Source: a candidate division WOR-3 bacterium
GTDB lineage: Bacteria; Hydrothermota; 32-111
NCBI GenBank assembly: GCA_039804105.1
Contig: JBDRZU010000001.1
Span: forward strand, 66,602 to 130,601
Reading direction: 5' to 3'
DNA: 64,000 nt
Both the position numbers and the translations under genes were made by a program. Positions 24,798-35,244 of this stretch are shown here, in pieces. Every line of letters starts with the position of its first letter. Positions within the stretch are counted from its first letter, which is position 1. The notes under the pieces are model-generated. The model was given only the letters and a program-made list of their open reading frames with translations. It did no database searches and was not told the origin of the DNA.

Positions 24798-25736
24798 ATG
24801 AAAAGGTTTTTTATTTTGATGATCATAATTTTTTTAATCTCTATTAAATTTTATGCTGAAAAGATAGGATATATAGATTCCAAAAGGATTTTTCAGGAGT
24901 ATAAAGGATTGAACGATATCAATAAAGAAGTCGAAAAGGAATTGTCTGAGTGGAAAAGAAAAATAAATATTCTTCAACAGGAAATAGATTCACTTGAAAG
25001 AGTTTACAACGAGCAAAAGGAAATGCTTTCAGAAGAGTTGAGTTCAAGAAAACAAAAGGAGATCAATGACAAAAAGGACTCGTTGAATAAATTTATTAAA
25101 GAAATATATGGAGAAGGTGGGAAGTCAACAACGATAAATCAACAGATGTTTAAACCTGTTGTTGATAAGATAAATTCTATAATAAAAAAGATTGGTGATG
25201 AGGAAGGTTTTACGCTAATACTTGATTTTGCAGATGGTAACATACTGTATGCAAAAAAGGAAATAGATTTGACTGACAGAATAATTGAAGAACTCAACAA
25301 GGATTTTTTCGTTCCAGTATCGGTTTTACAAAGATACATAGTTTACGATTTTGTTGCTGAGGATAAGGAAGCAAGAAATGAACAGTATCATATAAAACTT
25401 GCGAAAGCATTGTATCAATCTTTAAAAATTGAAAACAAGTTTGAACCGATAAGCATCAACGAAGTTAATTCTTATCTACAGAAGATGGGAGTAACAAATA
25501 TTGAGAATTTAAAACCTGTTGATGCTATAAGTTATGCCTTCACTTTGAACGCTGATTACTGTTTCACAGGAAAAGTAAAAATGGTTTCAGGAAAAATCAT
25601 CGCTGAGGTTTCAGTTTACGATGTAAAAAAAAGAAGGATTGTTCAAACTATCAATAAAGAAGCAACAAACGATATTGAATTTAATAATAAAATATCAGAA
25701 TTTATATCCGAAATAAAATTGATACTCAAAAAGTGA
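24798..25736 (+). CDS. skp: OmpH/Skp periplasmic chaperone fused to an extra C-terminal alpha/beta domain
   Basis: ATG at 24798 behind an AGGAGG SD gives the signal peptide MKRFFILMIIIFLISIKFYA. Coiled-coil OmpH region IGYIDSKRIFQEYKG...ILYAKKEIDLTDRIIEELNK (aa ~20-168). About 140 additional aa follow. The track start at 24753 is rejected. Confidence 0.8.
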   Translation: MKRFFILMIIIFLISIKFYAEKIGYIDSKRIFQEYKGLNDINKEVEKELSEWKRKINILQQEIDSLERVYNEQKEMLSEELSSRKQKEINDKKDSLNKFIKEIYGEGGKSTTINQQMFKPVVDKINSIIKKIGDEEGFTLILDFADGNILYAKKEIDLTDRIIEELNKDFFVPVSVLQRYIVYDFVAEDKEARNEQYHIKLAKALYQSLKIENKFEPISINEVNSYLQKMGVTNIENLKPVDAISYAFTLNADYCFTGKVKMVSGKIIAEVSVYDVKKRRIVQTINKEATNDIEFNNKISEFISEIKLILKK

Positions 25737-25742
25737 GGTGTT

Positions 25743-26195
25743 ATGGAAGAAAAGAGTAAAGAGATGGATATTTTAAAAATAATGAAAGTGATCCCCCACA
25801 GGTATCCGATGCTTCTTGTTGATAGAATAATCGAAATCGATGAAAAAAGAGTTGTCGGTAAAAAATGTGTTTCGATGGATGAACATTTTTTCCAGGGGCA
25901 TTATCCCGAACATCCTGTTATGCCTGGAGTTTTAATAATTGAATCTTTAGCACAAACAGGTGCAATGCTAATCTCCTACTATATAGAAAATATTGATGAA
26001 AAGGTCCCATATTTTGTAAAAATCGATAAGGTAAAATTCAGAAAACCAGTACTGCCTGGGGATGTATTGAAAAACGAATGTGTGTTAAAAGAACACAAAG
26101 GAAACTTTTTTGTTCTTGAATGTAAAGCTTATGTTGATGAAAAAGTTGTCTGTGAAGGTGAATTAACAGCTGCAATAGTTGACAAGGAGAAATGA
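25743..26195 (+). CDS. fabZ: 3-hydroxyacyl-ACP dehydratase FabZ
   Basis: IPHRYPMLLVDRI and FFQGHYPEHPVMPGVL hot-dog motifs. 150 aa. Confidence 0.9.
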   Translation: MEEKSKEMDILKIMKVIPHRYPMLLVDRIIEIDEKRVVGKKCVSMDEHFFQGHYPEHPVMPGVLIIESLAQTGAMLISYYIENIDEKVPYFVKIDKVKFRKPVLPGDVLKNECVLKEHKGNFFVLECKAYVDEKVVCEGELTAAIVDKEK

Positions 26196-26198
26196 TCG

Positions 26199-27545
26199 AT
26201 GTTAAAACTTTACAATACTTTTTCAAAAAATGTTGAAGATTTTCAGACCTTATCACAGGATGGAATTGTTAGAATTTACTCTTGCGGAATGACTGTTCAG
26301 GACACCCCTCATATAGGACATATACGAGCTTTGATCACAGTTGATATTTTAAAAAGAGTTCTAAAACTTGATGGATATCAGGTTTTTTCAGTTTATAATT
26401 TTACTGATATCGATGACAAACTGATAAAAAAGATGACTGATACCGGGATTGATTATAGAATCATATCACAGAAAAATATCGATGAGTTTTTTGAAGTGTT
26501 TAAAAGTTTGAATGTACTTGAATTTGATGTTTATCCACGTGCGACAGGGCATATCGAAGAGATAATAGATTTGATTTCAAAGTTGATCGAAAAAGGTTAT
26601 GCTTACAAGGCGGGAGATGATATATACTTTCGAGTGTCAAAGTTCAAAGATTATGGTAAGCTTTCAGGAAAAAAGTTGGATGATCTTATAGAGGGGAAAA
26701 GGGTTGAAATAAATGAGAATAAAGAAAATCCTCTCGATTTTGTTCTATGGAAAGGAGTTAAAGAAGGTGAACCCTACTGGTATTCACCTTTTGGAAAAGG
26801 TAGACCTGGATGGCACATAGAATGTTCAGCTATGAGTATGAAATATTTGGGAGAATCTTTTGATATACATGCTGGGGGTCAGGATCTAATATTCCCGCAT
26901 CATGAAAATGAGATCGCGCAATCTGAATGTGCTACAGAAAAAAAATTTGCAAGATATTGGATACACAATGGCATGGTTAATCTCAAGGGTGAAAAGATGT
27001 CAAAATCTTTAGGAAATGTTTTTAAAGCAAAAGAGTTACTGGAAAATTATGGACCAAATGTTATAAGGTTGTTTCTTTTAAAAACACATTATCGAAAGGA
27101 TATAGAATTTTCATCTGAAAGGTTGGAAGAATCAAAATCAGCTTTTAAAAGGTTGACTCCATATCTCGTCGATAGTTATGATGAAAATATAATAGATGAA
27201 GATATTTATAAAAAATTTAAAGAATCTCTGTTTGATGACTTGAATACACCTGAAGCTGTTGGAATACTTTTCGAAACTGTTAATCTTATCAATAGAAGGG
27301 AAAAAGATGAGCAAGTTTTGAAGAATACAATCTCAAAGATGTATAGAGAACTTGGGTTTATTTTTGAAAGGAAAGATAAAAACGATCTTGTGGAACAACT
27401 GATGGATATACTTTTAAAAGTTAGAGAGATTATGAAAAAGAACAAAAATTATGAGATGTCCGATTTTATAAGGGAAGAACTCAAAAAAAGAAATATTATT
27501 GTAAACGATTTAAAAGATGGGGTAAAATGGAAGATAGAAGATTGA
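26199..27545 (+). CDS. cysS: Cysteine--tRNA ligase
   Basis: HIGH-type motif TPHIGHIRA, KMSKS motif and WHIECS zinc-site motif. Confidence 0.95.
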   Translation: MLKLYNTFSKNVEDFQTLSQDGIVRIYSCGMTVQDTPHIGHIRALITVDILKRVLKLDGYQVFSVYNFTDIDDKLIKKMTDTGIDYRIISQKNIDEFFEVFKSLNVLEFDVYPRATGHIEEIIDLISKLIEKGYAYKAGDDIYFRVSKFKDYGKLSGKKLDDLIEGKRVEINENKENPLDFVLWKGVKEGEPYWYSPFGKGRPGWHIECSAMSMKYLGESFDIHAGGQDLIFPHHENEIAQSECATEKKFARYWIHNGMVNLKGEKMSKSLGNVFKAKELLENYGPNVIRLFLLKTHYRKDIEFSSERLEESKSAFKRLTPYLVDSYDENIIDEDIYKKFKESLFDDLNTPEAVGILFETVNLINRREKDEQVLKNTISKMYRELGFIFERKDKNDLVEQLMDILLKVREIMKKNKNYEMSDFIREELKKRNIIVNDLKDGVKWKIED

Positions 27546-28699
27546 TCTCGTATAACATTTTAGAGGATGTTTTTACTAAAAACATTTCTCTTAAAAAATC
27601 TTATGAGGCAAGGGTTTTTGGAAAAGATAAAAAAACTGCTTCATATATTAAAGAACTTGTTTATGGTGTTGTCAGAAACAAACTTCTACTCGATCATCTT
27701 ATTCAACAGACAACAGGTAAAAATGTTCATGATCTTGCAAAAAAAACACAGAACCTTATCAGAATGGCTATATATGAAATTCTGTATATGAACCATAAAG
27801 AATATGCGGTTTTATCAACAATAGTTGAGATTGCAAAATCACAAACAAAGAACAATGAAAAGTTTGTTAACTGGGTTTTAAGAGAGTTCTTAAGAAACAG
27901 AGATAAAATATCAATACCTGATGATGATTCTTTATCAAGTTTGTCCATAAAGTATTCATTCCCTGAGCATTTTATAGAATATCTTTTACAGGAGGTTGGG
28001 CTCGAAAGAACGAAACAACTCCTTGAATTTTACAATTCAAAACCTTCCACATACGCTTTCAGAATAGATGAACTGGAATACAGAGAGTTTAAGGATAATG
28101 AAAGGTTGACAAAAAAAGAGTATATCCTTGATCCCGTTTATCTTAATATTTTTAGATCTTTACAACTCGAGGAAACAATAGATGAGGTTTTGGATCTATG
28201 TGCTGCACCTGGTGGGAAAAGTTTTCTTGTGAAATCTTTTCTTCCAAAATCAAAAATCGTAGCGATAGATAAAGATCCTGAAAGAATAGAAATGATGAAT
28301 CGAAATATAAAAAGATTAAAATTGAGAAATATTACAACTTTTGCAACAGATCTTTTCAAATTGAACCTTGATAAACTTTTCGATCTTGTGATACTTGATG
28401 TCCCATGTACCTCTACAGGTACAATAAGGAAAAACCCTGATGTTAAATACAACTATAGAAAGAAAATTGATGAACTTGTTGAAATACAGAACAGAATGGT
28501 TGAAAAAGCTGAAGAGTTCGTTAAAGAGGATGGACTGCTTTTATATATCACATGCTCAATTTTTAAAGAAGAAAATCATGAAGTGATTCAAAATTTTTTG
28601 AGAAAAAATAAAGATTACAAACTTATAAGTCAGTTTTTCACATTTGGAGATCCATTCAATGGTGGTTATGGAGCACTTCTAAGAAAAACAGGAGGATGA
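27527..28699 (+). CDS. rsmB: 16S rRNA (cytosine-C5)-methyltransferase RsmB/Sun family
   Basis: NusB-like N-terminal region. SAM motif DLCAAPGGKS. Catalytic-Cys motifs DVPCTSTGT and ITCS. Confidence 0.85.
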   Translation: MEDRRLISYNILEDVFTKNISLKKSYEARVFGKDKKTASYIKELVYGVVRNKLLLDHLIQQTTGKNVHDLAKKTQNLIRMAIYEILYMNHKEYAVLSTIVEIAKSQTKNNEKFVNWVLREFLRNRDKISIPDDDSLSSLSIKYSFPEHFIEYLLQEVGLERTKQLLEFYNSKPSTYAFRIDELEYREFKDNERLTKKEYILDPVYLNIFRSLQLEETIDEVLDLCAAPGGKSFLVKSFLPKSKIVAIDKDPERIEMMNRNIKRLKLRNITTFATDLFKLNLDKLFDLVILDVPCTSTGTIRKNPDVKYNYRKKIDELVEIQNRMVEKAEEFVKEDGLLLYITCSIFKEENHEVIQNFLRKNKDYKLISQFFTFGDPFNGGYGALLRKTGG

Positions 28700-28700
28700 A

Positions 28701-29489
28701 ATGTTTGATAACACAGGTAAGATCATCACGATATCTCTGATAGTTTCAATAATAGTTTCTGTAATTGTATCAACTGTTGCTGTAATTTTCATAACACCTC
28801 TTTTACCTAATTTTAAAAAAGATTCAAATAAAAGTTCAGTCGAAATGGTAGAGGTGCCATTGGTTGAAGGTATTGATTATGAGAAAGCAAAGATTATTCT
28901 CCTGAACAAAAGTTTAAACCTTTTTGTAGAAGCAGAAAAAACGAGTGATAAAGAAAAAGGAATAATTCTTTCACAATCACCATTCGCTGGTTCAAGTGTT
29001 ATGAAAAATAGTGTGATCAATGTTGTAATAAGTTCTGGTAAGGAAATTGTTGAACAATCAAAAGTTGATTCTCAAAAATTGATAACTCTCCCTTATTTTG
29101 TTGGTCTGAATATAGATGAGGTAAAAAGAGAGATAATAAATCTTGGATTGAAGATAGGTGATGTTAAATATGTTGATGATGAAAAGTATCGAACCGATGT
29201 TGTTGTTTCAACAGATCCGGTTGGAGGGGTGAGGATACCTGCAGGATCTGCTGTGAATCTGAATGTTTCAAAAGGTGTTGTGAATGTTGTTGTTCCAAAT
29301 GTTAACTCTTTAACTAAGGATGATGCTAAACTAAAAATTACGAATGCTGGACTTTTTGTTGAAGAAATAATATATATCACCGATGTAGAATATCCTTTCG
29401 ATATAGTCATAAAACAACAGCCAGCAGCTGGAACGAAAGTCAAAAAAGGAACAGGTGTAAAAATATGGATAAACAAGGAAAGAGAATGA
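28701..29489 (+). CDS. Membrane-anchored protein with three PASTA repeats and no kinase or PBP domain
   Basis: N-terminal TM helix, then three ~65-aa PASTA-like repeats: VPLVEGIDYEKAK...VISSG; LPYFVGLNIDEVK...NVSKG; VPNVNSLTKDDAK...WINK. Confidence 0.8.
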   Translation: MFDNTGKIITISLIVSIIVSVIVSTVAVIFITPLLPNFKKDSNKSSVEMVEVPLVEGIDYEKAKIILLNKSLNLFVEAEKTSDKEKGIILSQSPFAGSSVMKNSVINVVISSGKEIVEQSKVDSQKLITLPYFVGLNIDEVKREIINLGLKIGDVKYVDDEKYRTDVVVSTDPVGGVRIPAGSAVNLNVSKGVVNVVVPNVNSLTKDDAKLKITNAGLFVEEIIYITDVEYPFDIVIKQQPAAGTKVKKGTGVKIWINKERE

Positions 29490-30274
29490 GATTGTCTTTT
29501 TTTAAAGTCAACGAAATAAAGAATGAAGTAAAAAATCTTGATATTGACAACAAAGGTAAAAAGTGGGGATGTTTGTTGACACTCGTTTCAATACTTTTTG
29601 TTTTTGTTGGGTTATTTTTGGGTCAAATAATTATGCCTGTCTTGTTGAAAACATCAAAGGAAATCAAGGTCCCAGATGTTACAGGTATTACTATAAGTCA
29701 GGCAAGAACTAACCTTGAACTGGCAGGACTTGACATGAGAATCGCAGGTGAAGAGTATTCGGAAAATGTCCCAAGTGGAATAATCATTTCTCAGAATCCC
29801 TTGCCAAACAGTACGATAAAATTCAACAAAATAGTTGAAGTTATCGTTTCAAAGGGAACAGAAAAAATAAAGGTCCCATTCGTTAAAGGTTTACATATTT
29901 CGAACGCAACGGATCTACTTTTAAAAAATGGTATAATAGTTAACGATACCAATTATGTTTTCGATAACAACTATGCTGAAAACATAGTTGTGGGAAGTGA
30001 ACCTTCCGAAAACAGTTTGATTTCAAAAGGTGGGACGATTTCTCTTTATGTTTCAAAGGGTAGGATAGAAAATTATGTTCAGATTCCAAACTTTGTTGGA
30101 TTATCTTCAGATTCTGCTTTAATAATCTCCTCAAAACTTTTAAAGTACATTAATCTAAAGATAGATACGATCAAAGGTAAATACGAAAATTTCTATGTTA
30201 TAAAGCAGATCCCTGATAGTGGGCAGTATCTCAAAAAAGATGATACTTTAAAGTTGATTTTAAAAGGAAAATGA
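29486..30274 (+). CDS. Second membrane-anchored three-PASTA protein (tandem paralogue)
   Basis: The ATG at 29486 forms an ATGA overlap with the previous stop, behind an AAGGAAAGAG SD-like sequence. One TM, then three PASTA-like repeats: VPDVTGITISQAR...VSKG; VPFVKGLHISNAT...VSKG; IPNFVGLSSDSAL...ILKG. It is 262 aa, the same length as its neighbour. Confidence 0.8.
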   Translation: MRLSFFKVNEIKNEVKNLDIDNKGKKWGCLLTLVSILFVFVGLFLGQIIMPVLLKTSKEIKVPDVTGITISQARTNLELAGLDMRIAGEEYSENVPSGIIISQNPLPNSTIKFNKIVEVIVSKGTEKIKVPFVKGLHISNATDLLLKNGIIVNDTNYVFDNNYAENIVVGSEPSENSLISKGGTISLYVSKGRIENYVQIPNFVGLSSDSALIISSKLLKYINLKIDTIKGKYENFYVIKQIPDSGQYLKKDDTLKLILKGK

Positions 30275-30918
30275 TGGATAGAGATATTCAGATAATACCA
30301 TCATTGTTATCAATAGATTTAAATAATCTTCAACGAAGTATAGCATCCATACCTTCTTCTGTAAAAATTTTACATCTTGATGTCATGGATGGTCATTTTG
30401 TCGATAATATAACTTTTGGTCCACATTTTGTAAAAGTTGTCAGAGAGTTAACTGATAGATATCTGGATGTTCATCTTATGATAGAAAACCCTGATAAATA
30501 TTATGACAGATTCATTGATTCTGGTGCTACCCATATATCGTTCCATATTGAAACAACAAAAGATCCTGTTCTTCTTATCAAAAGATTAAAGAAAAGAAAA
30601 GTAAAAGCAGGTATCGTTTTAAACCCTGAAACAGAACTTGAAAGGATAACACCATATCTTGATTTTGTTGATTATGTTCTTGTTATGTCTGTTCATCCAG
30701 GTTTTGCGGGTCAAAAATTTTTAAAATACACTTTAAAAAAAGTCAAAAAGTTGAAAATCTTAAGAGGAAACAGAAAGTATAAAATCGAGATCGATGGAGG
30801 GATAAACGATAAAACTGGAAAAGATGCTATAAAAGCTGGTGCAGACTGGATAGTTTCCGGTTCATACCTCTTTAATGGAGATATAAGAAAAAATTTAAAA
30901 AGGATTATTGATGGATAA
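30271..30918 (+). CDS. rpe: Ribulose-phosphate 3-epimerase
   Basis: [22 protein letters not shown] and EIDGGI motifs. Confidence 0.9.
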   Translation: MMDRDIQIIPSLLSIDLNNLQRSIASIPSSVKILHLDVMDGHFVDNITFGPHFVKVVRELTDRYLDVHLMIENPDKYYDRFIDSGATHISFHIETTKDPVLLIKRLKKRKVKAGIVLNPETELERITPYLDFVDYVLVMSVHPGFAGQKFLKYTLKKVKKLKILRGNRKYKIEIDGGINDKTGKDAIKAGADWIVSGSYLFNGDIRKNLKRIIDG

Positions 30919-32446
30919 GAAAGGAATTCTTATAGTTGATTTCGGGTCTCAATATACTCAACTGATTGCAAGAAGAATAAGAGAACTTGAAGTGTTTTCA
31001 GAGATAGTTCATCCTGATGGAATAAAAGATGTCGAATTGAAAAACTATTATGGTCTGATTTTATCAGGTGGTCCAAACTCGGTATATGATAGAAACTCTC
31101 CAGATATTAAACTTGATCTTGTAAAACTTGATATACCAGTTTTAGGGATATGTTATGGAATGCAACTTTTAGCAAAAAAGTATAATGGAAAAGTTGAAAG
31201 ATCAAAAAAAAGAGAGTTTGGATTTGCTAAGTTTAACATATTAAAGGGTGAGAAACTTTTCAAAAATATTCCAAAACAGATAAATGTGTGGATGTCACAT
31301 TCTGACAATGTTGTGAAATTGCCAGATAATTTTTACAGAACAGGTTACAGTCATAATTGTAAATATGGCTCGATGGAAAGTAAAAATGGCAAAATTTTTG
31401 GATTGCAGTTTCATCCTGAGGTTTACCATACAGAGTATGGAAAAGAGATTTTAAAAAATTTTGTTTTTGAAGTATGTGGAGCAAAAAAGAATTGGACAAG
31501 CAAGCATCTTATAAAGAATATAATTGAGAATATACAAGAAGAAGTTGGCGATGGATATATTATAGGTGGATTATCAGGTGGAGTTGATTCAACAGTAGCA
31601 GCGGTACTTGTAAAAAAGGCAATTGGAAACAGGTTGAAAGGTTTTTTGATAGATACGGGACTTTTAAGGATGAACGAAGGAAAGGAAGTGATAGAACTTT
31701 ATAATAAAAAATTAAAACTTAATGTAAAATATGTTGATAAAAGTAAAGTTTTTTTGAAAAATTTGAAAGGTGTAACTGATCCTGAAAAGAAAAGGAAAAT
31801 TATCGGAAAACTTTTTATAGAATCATTTGAAGATGAAGCAAAAAAAATTAAAAATGCAAAATTTTTATTACAGGGAACAATATATCCTGATAGAATTGAA
31901 TCAAAATCTACTAAAGGACCTTCGGCTGTTATAAAGAGTCATCATAATGTTGGTGGTTTACCTGAAAGGATGAATTTTAAATTGATAGAACCTTTGAAAG
32001 ATCTTTTTAAAGATGAGGTTCGAACGATAGGTTTAAAACTTGGAATACCATCAAATTTTATAAGCAGACACCCCTTCCCCGGTCCAGGTCTTGCGATAAG
32101 AATAATTGGAGAAGTAACTGAGGAGAAACTTGAAATTTTAAGAAAGGTTGATGCTATATACATTGAAGAGTTGAAAAAAAATAAAATTTATGATGAAATA
32201 TGGCAGGCGTTTGCTGTTTTTTTACCTGTTCAAAGTGTTGGTGTTATGGGTGATGAAAGAACTTATGAAAATGTGATAGCACTCAGGGCTGTTACCTCGA
32301 CTGATGGAATGACTGCTGATTTCTATTGGTTTGAAAGGGAAATTATACAGAAGATTTCTAACAGAATAATAAACGAAGTAAAAGGAGTGAATAGAGTAGT
32401 ATATGATATATCATCAAAACCGCCTTCAACTATCGAATGGGAATAG
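30908..32446 (+). CDS. guaA: GMP synthase (glutamine-hydrolysing)
   Basis: Class I GATase domain (GICYGMQ). PP-loop SGGVDSTV. C-terminus ...KPPSTIEWE. Confidence 0.95.
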   Translation: MMDKKGILIVDFGSQYTQLIARRIRELEVFSEIVHPDGIKDVELKNYYGLILSGGPNSVYDRNSPDIKLDLVKLDIPVLGICYGMQLLAKKYNGKVERSKKREFGFAKFNILKGEKLFKNIPKQINVWMSHSDNVVKLPDNFYRTGYSHNCKYGSMESKNGKIFGLQFHPEVYHTEYGKEILKNFVFEVCGAKKNWTSKHLIKNIIENIQEEVGDGYIIGGLSGGVDSTVAAVLVKKAIGNRLKGFLIDTGLLRMNEGKEVIELYNKKLKLNVKYVDKSKVFLKNLKGVTDPEKKRKIIGKLFIESFEDEAKKIKNAKFLLQGTIYPDRIESKSTKGPSAVIKSHHNVGGLPERMNFKLIEPLKDLFKDEVRTIGLKLGIPSNFISRHPFPGPGLAIRIIGEVTEEKLEILRKVDAIYIEELKKNKIYDEIWQAFAVFLPVQSVGVMGDERTYENVIALRAVTSTDGMTADFYWFEREIIQKISNRIINEVKGVNRVVYDISSKPPSTIEWE

Positions 32447-33215
32447 TTTCCCCAAAATATTTTTCTTTGATATGGATGGTACTCTATATCTTGGAGATAA
32501 ACTTATCGATGGTTCAGTTCAATTTTTGAACAGATTAAAGGAACTTGAGATAAAAAGAGTTTTTTTATCGAACAATTCTTCAAAGAACAGAAAAGATTAT
32601 TATAAAAAATTAAAAAAGATGGGTTTTGAAGTTTCGATCGATGAAATTTTTACATCTTTGAATGCAACGATTTTGAAAATGAAAAGAGAGAAAATTGTAA
32701 AAATTTTTCCTCTTGGGACTCCTTCCTTTGAGGAAGAGTTGAGAGAGAATGGTTTTACAATAACCGATAAAGATCCTGAAGTAGTTTTACTTGGTTTTGA
32801 TAAAACTTTAACTTATGAAAAGATTGAAAAAGCTTACAAATTTTTGATGGAGGGCAAACGGTATATAGCGACACATCCCGATATACTCTGTCCAACCGAA
32901 GAAGGTTTTATCCCAGATATAGGTTGTTTTATCAGTATGTTCGAAAAATGTACCAACAGGTTACCAGAGATCATCGGAAAACCGAATGTTGAAATGCTTT
33001 CAAACATTTTAAAGTTTTATTCAATTGAAAACTGTGATGCAGTTATGGTTGGCGATAGATTGTACACTGATATGAGAATGGCTATTGATGCAAAGGTTAT
33101 ATCCGTTTTAGTACTTTCAGGAGAAACCAAACTTGAAGATTATAAAAACTCAAACCTTCAGATAGATATTGTTTGTGACTCTGTAAAAGATCTTTTTGAA
33201 GTATTCTCATTATGA
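32403..33215 (+). CDS. HAD-IIA family hydrolase (NagD-like sugar phosphatase)
   Basis: Motif [23 protein letters not shown], and motif [11 protein letters not shown]. The start overlaps guaA by 44 nt and is uncertain. Confidence 0.8.
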   Translation: MIYHQNRLQLSNGNSFPKIFFFDMDGTLYLGDKLIDGSVQFLNRLKELEIKRVFLSNNSSKNRKDYYKKLKKMGFEVSIDEIFTSLNATILKMKREKIVKIFPLGTPSFEEELRENGFTITDKDPEVVLLGFDKTLTYEKIEKAYKFLMEGKRYIATHPDILCPTEEGFIPDIGCFISMFEKCTNRLPEIIGKPNVEMLSNILKFYSIENCDAVMVGDRLYTDMRMAIDAKVISVLVLSGETKLEDYKNSNLQIDIVCDSVKDLFEVFSL

Positions 33216-34063
33216 AAATTTACATAATCGGAAAAAATGGACAATTAGGTTATGACCTTGAAAGGGTACTTTCAAAAAAGTATATTGTTGATGGTGGTGG
33301 TAAGGAAAAATTTGATATGAAGAAGGTTGATGATTTTTTAGATTTTATAAAAAACAAATACAACATTCTTATAAACTGTTCAGCGTATCTTGATGTTGTA
33401 TTAAGTGAAAAATATATCAAAGATGCTTTTTTGATGAATGCAAATCTTCCAACGGTTATCGCAAAATTCTGTTATGAAAATAAAATTAGATTTTTTCATT
33501 TTTCTACTGATTATGTTTTTGATGGTAAAAAGAGAACTCCCTACCTTGAAGATGATAGATGTAATCCTTTGAACAATTATGGTTTGTCGAAATATGTTGG
33601 GGAGCGTATGATACTTGAAAACAACCCTGATGCAAAAATTTTAAGGGTTAGCGGTTTATATGGAAAACGGGAGAGTAGATCAAAAGGATACAATTTTGTT
33701 TCGTTTATTTTAAAAAAGACCGAAAATAAAGAAGCAGTATCGGTTGTAGATGATCAGGTATTGACTCCAACATATACTTATAATATAGCAAGACAGGTTG
33801 AGAAAATTATAGATTATGATCTTTCTGGAATTATCCATTCTACAGATGAGGGTGAAACGAGCTGGTATGGTTTTGCTCTTATGATAAAAAAGATTATGAA
33901 ACTTAGTATAATAATAAAACCAAGAGATTCGAAAGGTCTTTTCCCTGAAAGACCTTCATATTCTGTTCTCGAGAATAGAGTTTTAAAAGATAATGGAATA
34001 AATCTAATGAAGTGTTGGATGGAATCTTTAGAATATTTTTTAAAAGTGGACTTGAAAGGATGA
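33212..34063 (+). CDS. rfbD: dTDP-4-dehydrorhamnose reductase-like (RmlD family) NAD(P)-dependent reductase
   Basis: Rossmann N-terminus [35 protein letters not shown] (YxxxK). No rmlABC genes nearby. Confidence 0.75.
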   Translation: MKIYIIGKNGQLGYDLERVLSKKYIVDGGGKEKFDMKKVDDFLDFIKNKYNILINCSAYLDVVLSEKYIKDAFLMNANLPTVIAKFCYENKIRFFHFSTDYVFDGKKRTPYLEDDRCNPLNNYGLSKYVGERMILENNPDAKILRVSGLYGKRESRSKGYNFVSFILKKTENKEAVSVVDDQVLTPTYTYNIARQVEKIIDYDLSGIIHSTDEGETSWYGFALMIKKIMKLSIIIKPRDSKGLFPERPSYSVLENRVLKDNGINLMKCWMESLEYFLKVDLKG

Positions 34064-35244
34064 AAATATTTTTCTATTCGATGGGTTGTAAATTGAACCA
34101 AACGTTAACAAAAAAATATGTAGGAAAAAGTATAGAACAAGGATACAATGTTTGTGATGACCCTCAGGATGCTGATATAATCCTTCTTTCATCGTGTGTT
34201 GTCACTGATACCTCGCAGAAGCAGTTCGAAACAATTTTAAAAAGAATGAGTAAAAGATTCCCTGAAAAAAAAATTAAAGTTATAGGGTGTTACGATATAA
34301 ATCTTCTTAATGAAAATGTCGAATATATAGATCAAAATGATATTTTTCAATCAAAAAAATTTTACATTAACAGAACAAGAGTGGAAGTACCAATACAGAT
34401 TGGATGTAACAGTTTTTGCTCTTATTGCATAGTTCCTTATTATCGGGGTGAAGAGAAAAGTAGAAGTATTAAAATTATTTTAAAAGAGGTTGAAGATTTA
34501 TACAGGAATAATGTTAAAGAGATAGTGTTAACAGGCGTTCATATTGGTAGATTCAGTGATGAAGGTAAAAATCTTGTGGATCTTGTGAATCTGATTGTAG
34601 AAAAACCGATTGAAAGGATAAGATTATCATCACTTGATATAAATGAAATCGATTTAAAAGATATTGAGAAAATGGCAAAAATAAAAAAACTTGTTCCCTT
34701 TTTCCATCTTTCATTACAACATATATCTGAAAAAGTTCTGATGACTATGAAGAGAAAATACAATGTTAAAAGAATTAAAGAGATCATGAACGCTTTCAAA
34801 GAAAATTTTGATAGACCGATGCTTGGTTGTGATGTCATCGTTGGTTTTCCGTTTGAAACTGATAGAGATTTTATGGAGATGGTTGAATTTTTTGAAAAAA
34901 GTTATTTTTCACATTTTCACATTTTCCCTTTCTCGAAAAGAAAGGAAAGTTTGGCATACTATTTTGAAAAGGTAAAAGACGCCGAAATCCCAGTAGAACG
35001 GAAAATGGAAATTATGAGAAGATTACATAAAGAAAAAAAAGAAGAGTTTTTAAAATCGTTAAAAGGTATCAACGAAACTATTATTTTCGAGAGTTTAAAA
35101 GATGATATGATTAAAGGAAAAAGTGAAAGATATTTTGATGGGTATTTAAAATATGAAGATAAATTTAAAAAGGGTGATATCATAAAAGTAAAGGTATTAG
35201 ATTTTATTGATGGGAAGGTTTTCTGTGAAGAAAGAAACTTTTAA
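34060..35244 (+). CDS. mtaB: MtaB-like radical-SAM methylthiotransferase
   Basis: The ATG at 34060 (ATGA overlap with the rmlD stop) gives MKIFFYSMGCKLNQ. Radical-SAM motif GCNSFCSYCIVPYYRG. TRAM-like C-terminus. The track start at 34012 (GTG) is rejected. Confidence 0.8.
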   Translation: MKIFFYSMGCKLNQTLTKKYVGKSIEQGYNVCDDPQDADIILLSSCVVTDTSQKQFETILKRMSKRFPEKKIKVIGCYDINLLNENVEYIDQNDIFQSKKFYINRTRVEVPIQIGCNSFCSYCIVPYYRGEEKSRSIKIILKEVEDLYRNNVKEIVLTGVHIGRFSDEGKNLVDLVNLIVEKPIERIRLSSLDINEIDLKDIEKMAKIKKLVPFFHLSLQHISEKVLMTMKRKYNVKRIKEIMNAFKENFDRPMLGCDVIVGFPFETDRDFMEMVEFFEKSYFSHFHIFPFSKRKESLAYYFEKVKDAEIPVERKMEIMRRLHKEKKEEFLKSLKGINETIIFESLKDDMIKGKSERYFDGYLKYEDKFKKGDIIKVKVLDFIDGKVFCEERNF

